In this document: piece after piece, positions 49,222 to 59,682 of the stretch
Numbering within the stretch: position 1 is the stretch's first letter
Layout: every line of letters starts with the position of its first letter
Assembly: GCA_905178155.1 (NCBI GenBank)
Contig: CAJINV010000018.1
Location: 910,609-974,608, forward strand
DNA: 64,000 bases
Direction: 5' to 3'
Source: Amoebophrya sp. A120
Taxonomy: Eukaryota > Protista > Dinoflagellata
Made by a program: the position numbers and the translations under genes
The notes under the pieces: model-generated
Seen by the model: only the letters and a program-made list of their open reading frames with translations
Databases searched by the model: none
What the model was told of the DNA's origin: nothing

Positions 49222-52200
49222 TCAGTCATCCTCGATAAACCGCATTTGGGAACTGGTACTCGCGGTTTGCTTCCCTTCCTGAGAGTACTTGCTGACTAAC
49301 CTGACGCCGCTGCTATTTCCGGGGTTCGATGACGATGAGGCACCCCCAGGCGAAGAGGCGCCGTTGTTTTCGCGATGCAAGCGTGAGTCGAGTTTGCTTC
49401 TAGGAGGGCAATCTGTTCTCACGACAGGAAGGATAAGCGGTATCGGTAAACAAGAAACATACTCGGAGTATAAACCAGAATCAGACGCACGCTCAATGTC
49501 AATGCGAGCCATAAGTAGCATAATCAAGATTAACGACGTCATGCATGATGAAATTTGACCGTATCCTTACTTCCGCCGGCCTTGCACAGTTCAAAATCTT
49601 CGTTTTCATCATATGTGACGTACTATTCCAAACTCGACTCAGCCTTCTGCCACACGTCCATACCCCGCGGCCCCGCGCGTGAGATTATTTCCACTGTGTG
49701 GTCCGGACGACCCGAGTGGGGAATTGTAGGCGGAGCTACTGTATGCAATGCAAAACAGGCATCGCACTAGTATAAATTGCATTACAAATTAGCCCAGCAT
49801 TACAAATTAATTCAATTTGTGATGCTGATGTACCTTGAAAAAGAAACTTGCAATGCATAAATGCAATCACTACAAGTACGACATTTTTGCGCAGCATATA
49901 CTGGCGGACGACGCAGATCCACCGCCGTGGTAACTCGCCGCAGAGGCGGACCCAGCGGAGAAGGCTGACCCGGCGGATCCGGAGGACAGGTTTCGCCTGT
50001 TTGGCGGCGGCACGCCCTGGCTAGTACTGCTGGCCGCACGGTAGCTGGACATGGATCCGGCCGATATGGATTGCAAAAGTGTCTGGGTCTGGAAGATTGC
50101 AACTTGTCATGCTAAATCCGAATCATGCAAAAATCTGTGTTGCATGATTACCAAAAGAGGTCCACTTTTGAACAAGGCTCGAGGCAGTTTCTCATGCAGA
50201 ATAGGCATGAAAGAGACCTCACAGCCTCTGTCATGCTAGGTCCCGCATTCCAGACCTCGAGGGTCATGGAAAACCTGCATGACAAGTCCACACTCTTCCA
50301 GACCCAGACATTTTTGCATTTGATAGCCGAGGCGCTGTTCCGATTTTGGATCGTGCCGTAGATCTCCTTCTGCCGTCGTTCCTCCTCTTGTTGGGATAAG
50401 CGTAACGCCTCCTCCAGTTCGCGGTCCTGCGGGAAGCTTTCTTTCCGGGACATTTCCAAAACCTTCGCCAAGTCATCGTCTATATCGTCCGCAGTAGAGG
50501 CGCTGGTGGCTGCGCCACTTTGGTGTCCTCCCCGCATGGAAGTTTCTTTTTCGGAGAGCCGGAGAACCCGCGCAAAATCGTCGTCGTCGTCGATCTGCTG
50601 AGAGCGCTTCAAGGCTTCTTGCAGATCGTCCTCCTCTTTCGTGCGGATTCGTGAGCTCTGGGACAGAGCGGCCTCCAGCATCTGCCCCTCGTCGTCTTGC
50701 TGTGAAGATTTACATTTAGTATATTCGGCTTGTAGTTTAGAGATGAAAAACTGATTCATCTCGTCGCGAAGGTCCAGGAATTTATTGTATGGAACGCGAT
50801 CGCGAACCACGCTCCGAGTTAATACAGTTTCAGTAGAAACCAAATGAGTACTAGAGAAGATGAAGAAGAAATTCGACAAACAGATAAGAAAAACAATGTA
50901 GAAGCTACCGGAGCATCCCCCTCGACCTTCAGATTGCTTTTCGCCGCTTTTTCCAGTATCAGTGCCTGCTCCCGCCTGGCCTCCTCCAGCATGGCCTCCT
51001 TCTCCTTCAGTTGCTGAATGGGGTCGTTTATGCATTGCAAACATGTCTGGGTCTGGAAACTTGTGATGCAAGGAAGGGATTACTGAGAAAACTGCAATGC
51101 GCTCCCCAGCATGACAGGCTTTTATTCCGTAGTTCGGACTCGGAGTTGCGTACTCCGCACGAGAAACTGCGTTTTTGCATGGCAGACAAGAGGCGCTCTG
51201 CGCGGGCACGCAATACAGCGCTCAGAGTCATGGCAGACTAGCATGACAAAGCTCGCAATCTCCCAGACCCAGACGTATTTGCAGTTGATATCGTTCCGCT
51301 GCATGGCAACGACAGCCGGATTCGGTGGCGGCGTGAACGCGGCGCTTTGCTTATCAAAAGGAAAAATCCCCCCTCCCCATATCAAAACGAAATTTCTGAT
51401 GCTGGATGTGTGTACACCAATCAGGTTTGTATTGCAGCGAGGCACTGCGGCCAGATCCCCAGGCTAGGTAGGGGCGTATGGGTCTAGTTGTTCAGCACGG
51501 CAAGCGGCTCACTTTTAGGCTAAACAGCATGACAAATTGCTTCCATAATGGGGCGGAAGCTTCTGCCGGGTCTCTTTGCAAGACAAATGTGATTTGTACC
51601 CTCAAATCAGCAACACAAATTTTCGGGAACATACCTTCTCGATATGGGGAGGGGGGATTTTTCCTTTTGATATTGCTTCCTCCGTTCCAGCCTTTCCTTT
51701 TCCCTTTCGTTCATGCTTGCAAGCGAAGATTTGTTGAAAATAGAGGTGTCGGTGAGGACCTCACCACTATTATCGTCATTCACAACTGCGTATCCGGTGC
51801 AAAAGCATCGTACTCGTAGTAATTGCATTTATGCATTACAAATCTCCGTCCCAAGGTAGATCAGCATGACAAATTCCATTTCTCGTGCTAATCTAATTTG
51901 TAATGCATTTTATACTTCTAGTACGATGCTTTTGCATTGCATACTGCAGCTCCCATTACAGTAGAGCCGCCAGTTGTATCACCTCTCGCGACCGTTTCTT
52001 TACTTGGACTCGAACTGAACAGCGGCTTGATTGCCGTTGCGATCTCCTCCTTCCTGGTTATCAGGGACGCTCGTGGTCCTCCTCCCTCTGGGTCGTCTAT
52101 TTGTTCACTTTCTCCTCCCGTGGGTACGATCTTTGACGAGTAAACGTCGGACCCCCGACCTTCCTTCTGCCCGGCGGCTTTTTGCAGCAGCATATGCATT

Positions 52201-54442
52201 GCAAAACTATCGCACTAGTAGAAACCAGCCATGCTCCGGCTGCCGCCGGAGCGCAAGGCTGTTGGGCCGGGGCAAGACTGTTTGCCGATCGGACCACAAC
52301 CCCGCGGGCCTATGCACAACGAAACATATTGCGCCGCGCCAACCCGCAGGACCACTTGCGCGCTTCCCGCGCCTGTGGGCGCTCTGCGCAGGGAGCAGCT
52401 GCAAAGAACACCGGGGGCGAACAGAAGCCGCCCGGCGGGAGAGGGTAGCGCGAGAGGGTGGCGCGAGAGGGTGGCGCGAGAGGGTGCGCGAGAGGGTGGC
52501 GCGAGAGGGTGGCGCGAGAGGGTGCGCGAGAGGGTGGCGCGGAAAGGCGCCGAGCAAAATAAACAGCTCCGCGAATGGCCTGCAATGCCAAATATGGGTA
52601 GTGCCATGCGGATTCGCGCCCGCTTCTTTGTGTTTTACCCTCTCGCAGACCTCTCGCAGACCCTCTTTTTGACCTCTTTTGGGGGTCCCCGCTAATAATC
52701 CGGCTATACTCTCGGGTAGAGGTCGACAGAGGTGGCCGAGAGGTGGCCAAGAGGGTCCGCGAGAGGTCGCCCCTTATATATTCGCGCCACCTCTCGCCAC
52801 CTCTGTCGACCTCTCGCGCCCCCTCTTTTTGACCTCTCTGCACCCTCTGTGCCACTTAGGCGGCGCCTAAGGGTGGGCCCTTACTGCGGGCCTTATTCGC
52901 GCACCCTCTCGCGGACCCTCTCGAACGGGGTCCCGCGCCACCTCTCCCCCTCTGTCGACCTCTTTTCTGCCTCTGTCGACCTCTTTTTTACCTCTCGGCC
53001 ACCTCTCTGGGACCCTCTGTCTACGTCTTTTTTCGCATTAATATAATGTATAAGTAATCGCATTACAAATTTCCTCAAGAACAAAAACGCAACTTGTCAT
53101 GCGCGTTCGGGTAGAAAGTTGGATTTCTCATGCATGGCTGCAATTACTACGAGTACGATACTTTTGCACAGGATACAGCAGATCGGTTGGCGATTCCTCG
53201 TCTAGATCACTTCGGCCTGTATTCAAGCCACCGGGAGGCTGCTGTTGGCGGCCGCCGGGACTGTGTCTCATTTCATCGTCATCATCTGGCGACACTGACG
53301 GCGATGAAACGGAGACCGAGACAGACTGCTCGTTTTGCTCGTCATCGTTGTACCGACCGTCCTGGAGCTGCAATTGGCCGGGGTAAGTGGCCGCCCCACC
53401 GCCACCGCCGCTCCCTCCCGTAGTTCCAACCTGCTCCCCAGCTGCACCCTTGTTTTTCAGCGCAGACTTGGCTCTTGGGAGATGTCGCGGAGAACCCCTT
53501 GCGTTAAGCGGCGAACCGATGCTGTCGTGCTCGCTGTGGAAGTATGCATTGCATAAGAACATGTGGCCTGGGGCTGGAATAAACTTGGGATGCTAGTATG
53601 GGGCGAATCAATCACGCGGACGCCTCCACTGATTAAGAAGCCAAGCATCACAAGAAATTTTAGAGCCGCTATAGTATAGTGTTTGTTGTCTATCTCACAT
53701 GACAAGCTGCGTTTCTGCACGACAGAGAAACGACACCCTGGCAGCTTTTGGGCAATGTGCATGACAGACTTGGGAGTCATGGTGCTACCCCTGCATGACA
53801 AACCTTGCATTTTTCTCCCAGAGGACCCACACATGTTATTGCAGTTGATAGGGAAGGCGAGAAGGTCTCCACCAGCTCGTTTCGGAAGGACACGCGTTTC
53901 TTGTAGTGCTGAAAAATCTGGCTGTCCGATTGCTTCACCAAGGCCGGCTTGGGCGGCGCCGCGGCTCCGGCCTTTGGTTCCTGGTTCTGCAAGTTGGACC
54001 ACTGGATGGGGTTCTGCAGCCGGTTTTTCCGGCGCAAGGCGTCGGCGCGCTTGAGCCCCTCGCGGAGCGACCCGAAAAACACGAACAGCCCGGCGCCGCA
54101 GACAAGCAGCGCACCGAGCACGGCGACGATCCCGATAATGGCGCCATCCGACGAAGCGAGGCGGCGCGAAGGCGCGCCGGGGAGGTCGTGGGCGGGCAGA
54201 GCTGTGGAGGTCGGTTTTATTTCTGCAGCGGTCACAGTTGTAGTGGTAGAAGAAGGTGGTCCAGCACCTCTCAACCCTGTAACCACAATTTCAGGCCCAG
54301 TTACAGAAACAGAAGGTGGCGATGTTGATGTTACCACGCTAGCTGCTGTGCTCATCGTAGGTCGTGTTCCGGTGTTGCCAGAAAGGGATGGGTCGTTCGT
54401 TTGTGGATTGGCCTCGTCCACCTGGAAGGTTGTGTGCAGCAT
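49222..54442 (-). CDS. Single-pass membrane protein with Ser/Thr-rich N-terminus and about five tandem ubiquitin-interacting motifs (UIM)
   Basis: TM segment AIIGIVAVLGALLVCGAGLFVFF; UIM-like MLEAALSQS, DDLQEALKRSQQ, DDFARVLRLSEKE, DDLAKVLEMSRKE, RELEEALRLSQQE (50380-50700); seven introners. Confidence 0.6.
49742..49898. mobile_element. Introner, family B
   Basis: TIR; DR tactg. Confidence 0.9.
50065..50325. mobile_element. Introner, family A
   Basis: TIR; DR gccga; opposite orientation to 24556-24818. Confidence 0.93.
51029..51290. mobile_element. Introner, family A
   Basis: TIR; DR tcgtt; opposite orientation to 25291-25547. Confidence 0.93.
51352..51672. mobile_element. Introner, family G
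   Basis: Near-perfect 32-bp TIR tatcaaaaggaaaaatcccccctccccatatc; DR ttgct. Confidence 0.93.
51791..51943. mobile_element. Introner, family B
   Basis: TIR; DR ctgcg/ctgca. Confidence 0.9.
52193..53175. mobile_element. Introner, family B, enlarged by a nested insertion
   Basis: Family B ends intact; DR cagca; 983 bp versus the usual ~150 bp. Confidence 0.9.
52221..53050. mobile_element. Nested GC-rich non-coding insertion with a 13-14-bp minisatellite
   Basis: gcgcgagagggtg(g) about 7-8 times at 52438-52540; complementary cctctcgc/gacctct motifs 52620-53020; terminal hairpin gctccggc-tgcc-gccggagc. Confidence 0.7.
53543..53850. mobile_element. Introner, family A (diverged)
   Basis: TAT..ATA; DR ggaag/gggaa; frame FSPSHSEH restored. 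Confidence 0.8.
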
Positions 54443-56294
54443 GGACGAAAACGCCTCTTCACTCGCTCGACGGGGACGGAAAGGGCATGGTGGGAAGGAG
54501 TTAGAATTTTAAGTATGTTCGAACCAGCACAATAGGCACTTTGATGATAGTCAACATCTAGTGAGTGTGCAGTAATTAAAGAACGGCGTGGTGGACGCCG
54601 GCATCTCGTCTGCTCTCCTCATCGCAAACGCAAACATTATTTTCACTTAACGTTCTTCAATTGCAGACCGAAACTGGTGGCCGCACACAGAGACAAATAT
54701 CAAACTCAAAGTTCTCGCACTCTAAGGAAACGATGGTTTGTTTTGGCTGTTGGATACGCATAAATGTGCGCTCTTGGAAAAATGAAAAGAAAGAAAACAA
54801 ACAGGCCGTGGGCCATCCTCTCACTCATATTCTTGCAGTCAATCCATCAGAGATGACATGTGGGCGTACTAAAGAGTGCCTCACACACTCGGGGCACGCT
54901 TCAATACGTGAAAATGAAATCGCTCAACCTCAATATTGTTTTGCACTCCCTGTTGCAATCGCGATACGAACCAACCTTGACTAAACTCAGGACCTCGTCA
55001 CTGGAACTCAGATATAATTGGCCTGCTCTACTCTCTCTTTCATCTCTATCACATTCACATCAGGATAATGAAGATCTAGATCATCACACACAGAAACATC
55101 AATATAGGCCCTCCTCCTCGTAAGCCTTGACTGAACTCAAGATGATGATTGCCTACAGCGCAACATGCACAACAAAATTGACGCATCGTTGACTGCTCGC
55201 ACAAAAGTTTGTTCGGAGCTTTTTATTTTTTCCGGAGCGCAGACAGTTTCATCTGTTTTTTCAACTCCATCGATTCTGTTCCCATGTGAAAACAACAACA
55301 AGGGTAAGCGTTTTGCAAATCACATAGAAGCCGAATTCAGGTCGCTACCAGAGAGCGCACAGGCTCGGGTAACTAGAGTAAAATGAAGAACCGCTGCACA
55401 AAATTGTGGTGATCTGTATAATCCTGGGGTTCCAAAGTACAAACGTGTTTCGACTCCTCCCCATGCGCTCGCCATAAAGTGTACAGCGCTGCTTCATCAG
55501 AGGCAAGTAATGTCTCTTTTAGTATCTGTTCTTTCCCAACTACGATAAAAACTGCTTAAGACTTCTTCCCCTTCTATCTACTTTCCCACCCATGTTGAAA
55601 AAGAGATCGCCATTTTTTCCAAGTTTTTCTGATTCATTGAATTTTGCCTTTACACTGGTTCTGACATTCGTCCGTCGTCTTACTGAGCCTTAGAAGCCTT
55701 ATAAAAACAGCACATTTTTTTACATACAATGGTCATAATGCACCACAGCCATACTATCGCTTCCTTGCAACCGCGAGAGTAGAGGAGGTTGTGTGATGCG
55801 TATCTGAATTTGTACTGCAGGAAAATCATGCCAGCGGAGTTATCTATTGTAGGATTCTCGACGACTTGAGGATGCCTTGTTGCTCCGAATGAGCAAAGGC
55901 TCTTTCGTAGTAGAGTTGATGTGAGTGTGACTAACAATGGCAATCGCAGGAGCGTGCTGTCAAAACCTACTAGTCAAGCTTTCCGCATCTTCAAGTCCTC
56001 GCTCTTGTGTAAGAAAAACGCACCAACCACCGGGGTAGCGGTCATCTTCTATCTACTGAGGGTTTTGATGTTCTTTTTGGGTAATATGATGGTGTCCGTT
56101 TGTAAAAGAAGTACAACAACTTTTCAAAACATACAAAACACTTATTTCACTACAGCGGGGTCGATCATTTTTTGGTGCATCTTTTACTACTGGAAAACTT
56201 CGGAAGATGTTGGATCATTTCAACATCTGATGTAGATGTAAGTACTTGTACCGTCATGTGATTTTTACCTCCACATTTTTTGCAACGTCGTCGT

Positions 56295-58067
56295 TCACTT
56301 TCTCTTGACCCGGCAGAAGCAGTTGATGTTTTGGCCGAAGATGAACCCTATCAAATGCAAAAGTGTCTGGGTCTGGAAGTTTGGAACTTGTGATGCTAGC
56401 TCTCCATACCTGGGAAATCTGTATTGCATAGCCAACAAAAGTCGCAGCCGCTTTTGTACATGCAAAGACGCAGTTTCTCATGCGGATTGCCTATGAGAAA
56501 GTGTTCTGAAAATTTGTCATGCTGTGTCGAATTTGGAATTGTTTTCATCATCCACATTTTAGCATCACACATTTCCAGACCCAGACATTTTTGCACTTCA
56601 TAAACCCGATCAAGACCTTGGTCCAGCTGTCGTAGTAGGGGAGGGAGTCGTAGAATTCCGGCGCAATCTCCCGTACCTTGGGCAGCAGCCGGCCCGGCAC
56701 CTTCGGAAAGTCGTGGTGCTCGTTGTGGTACCCCACGTTGTAGGCGAAAAAGTTGAGCCACCCGTAGTAGCTGTAGGTTTCCTGGCCGGAGATGAACTCG
56801 AAGTGTTCCGCGATGAAGTGTCCCGCCATCGGGTGGAGACCCAGGCCGAGGATGCTGCCGAGGAGGAGGTAGGCGAAGGACTTGTGGCCGAAGTAGGGGG
56901 AGGTGGCGATGAAGAAGTCGAAGGACCCGACCACCACCCAGTTCAAAATCTCGTTGCTCGTCACCGGCTTCGGCTTGACCAGCAGGGGTCGCAACCCGTA
57001 GAAAAAAGGTTGCAACGCGACCCACAGCGCTTTGGTGATGGTGTACCGGAACAGCTTGCCCTCGAACTTCGTAGGCAGGTCCGCGTCCATCTTCTCGCTG
57101 CCCTGGTACGTGTGGTGCTCCAAGTGGTACCTGGTTAGCATGATTTTGCCGGTTTTGTCATGTAGTCTCGTGTATCTGGTTCTGGAAACGAAACCGATGA
57201 GCTTAATACGAAAATGCAAAATGTTGACAAAGCATGTTGCGGTGAGACAGGACCAACAACCTACTTCGTTCTTGTTTTCAAAGAGTATAGTACTGCAACA
57301 CAAACATCAAACAACTAATATAAATATTAAGCAATTGCAATACCGTTTAAACGTGCTTGCGCTGGCAACGCAGGTTGGGCAGTTGATAAACCAGGCGAAG
57401 ACCGTGTTGACTTGTTTGTTGGGGAACCAGAGGTCGTGCGAAAGCTCGTGCATGGCCAGCACGAGGGAGTGGTTCATGGTTCCAGAGACCACGTACCCGC
57501 ACAGAAAAATCAGCCACCATGAGGCGTCCCGGAGCAGGTAGGCCATCGTCAGTTGCACAATGCAAGTCCCGATGCAGAAGACCTGGAAGAGGTTTCATGA
57601 ACGATAACCATAACTATAATTACGATGCATCGCAACTCTACAATGTAGATGTACTCATACTCTGTCTGCGTATCCAATGTCTAATTATCATGTAATGTAC
57701 TTATCAAAGTTGTCTCATTGTTCCTTTCAATGTATACCGCGCTCAACGGGTCGGGTTTGTAGAGTTTCAATATTTCCGGGTGCTTTTCCAGTATCGCCTT
57801 TCTTCTTTTCACGTGCGGCTCCAGATCCTCCGACCAGCTAAAATCCACGGCCGGCTTTTCCCGCCACAGACTCCTGTCGTGTCCCAAAGCGTCCTCGTAG
57901 AGCTTGGTGTCAGCACCGGATTTCTGTTGCACCATCTTCAACGTGCTGGCCGCTGCCCGGTTCGTCAGTGCGGATTGCGGCGTGGTCGCTGTGTCTTCCG
58001 CGGTCTGCACTTTTTGCTCGACTGCGGAAGGCGTGTCGTTCACCACGCGCGAATTCAGGAGCGCCAT
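56295..58067 (-). CDS. DEGS1: Sphingolipid delta(4)-desaturase (DES1/DEGS1 family)
   Basis: EPHVKRRKAILEKHPEI; His boxes HELSH, HLEHH and HNEHH; HPMAGHFIAEH; ETYSYYG. Two GT-AG introns plus one introner. Confidence 0.95.
56349..56602. mobile_element. Introner, family A
   Basis: TIR; DR aaccc; removal joins VLIG|FIFGQN. Confidence 0.94.
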
Positions 58068-59682
58068 GGTGATTTTATTTTTTGTTCCAGTATACGATTA
58101 TAATACGACCACGTAGACTGTTTTTACGTTTTTCTTCGAACTAGTGTATTGGTTTTTTTTGTCAAACTTATAGTTAGATATCAGCTCTTCTTCAACATCT
58201 TCGTCGCAGAACTGCAGCCCTTTATTTTCGCTGCAAATCAAGCTCTAAAGAAATGGCCCTTGCCCTTGAAGTTCCGAAAAAAAAACCTGAATGTCGCCGA
58301 AATTGGGTCGCGTAATGTTTTGTAGATGTAAAGGAGAAAACAAAAAGCTGCTTGCTGTACTGTAAGTGCGTTCGTTTTATTTCGCTTGCGTTCTTAGCCT
58401 CTGGTTTAGGATATACAGACTTGTATTGTTCCTGTTTCTAGGTTTTGGTCAGAAGCAGAAGATGCACGAAGGCTGGATAATTTGGAACGGGTTGTTGTTG
58501 ACAAACTTTGTAGCCGGAGGCAAAAATTGCAATTTTCTGCAACAGATATTAATCGAGACACGGTTGGAACGTCGACCCAGGATTTGTTTGAGTAGGAATT
58601 TACTGTACCTACTGTCTTTGTGAGAGATATTTACTCAAATACAGCTGCTGGATCAAATTTTACATTTGAAGCTGCTGCTGCTGCTGCTTTACGAGCTACG
58701 GTTCTCGTCTCGTCTGAGGCCGTGTATAGCTTTTTTCTCACCACAATTCTATACAGATCTGCTACAAGAACTTCTCTAGCTTAAGTAGATGCAGACCTCC
58801 GTGCACAGCGGGGAGGGGAAATTTTTGGGATTTCGGGATCCTGCAGGTGGTCGAGTGATTTATTGGGATTTTCAGTTCAAAAGCCTAAAATTGGTGATGG
58901 TTTTTCACGTACTAGCAAAAGACTGTCCTCCGATGATGCATTGAGCTGTGCAATGTAGACGTTATAGGAAATTTCTTGTCTCTTGTGGGAGGACGGAACG
59001 ACTTATCTGTTGAGCAGTGTACGTAGTTCACGGTCCCTTGAACGTCATGGCTCGGCGCAACATCCTCTCAACGTAGTGCTCCTCTTGTTGCTATGGGACG
59101 AAAATATATCAGTACAACAAATAACGTGAAAGGACGTCGAAATACTTACACCGACAAGAAATCTGGAGACTTTATTCGCTGTCTGCTCTCGTAAAGCTTC
59201 CAACCTTAAGTCCTCTTCTACGGTCTACTTTCACCGAGCTTACTTTGTGGACAAAGCGAACTCAGATGTGATGAACTCGAGCAACAGCACCCCCGCAACT
59301 CGAGGACCGATTTTTTTTGTCAATTGTTTCGTCGATGATCCAATGTCGTCTTGTAAGACCATGAACACGAAAATCAACATGACGGTGTGCTGCTGGTGCA
59401 GGGGGACCACTACAAAGGAGCACCAGAAGTAGTACGTAGTAGTGCTTACCTTTTTTCTTGGAAAAAAATGGTTGTGACACATCTTCAGACGAAAGCAGTC
59501 AAATCTATACATAGGAGAGTTGAGAAAAAACAGGCGAACATGAACAACATCGAGCTGCACGACCTCCGCGGGTTGTTCTTCCAGAACTACTTTTGAGTTT
59601 GTCGGAGGAGCAAGAATGCAAGCTCTTTGTGCAACATGAAGATCATTTCTTCCTCGTCTGCAGCTGCACCCACGACTTTATC

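Noticed and set aside
52182-53084. Overlapping Arg/Ala-rich ORFs on both strands
   Set aside because: Artefacts of the minisatellite in the nested insertion.
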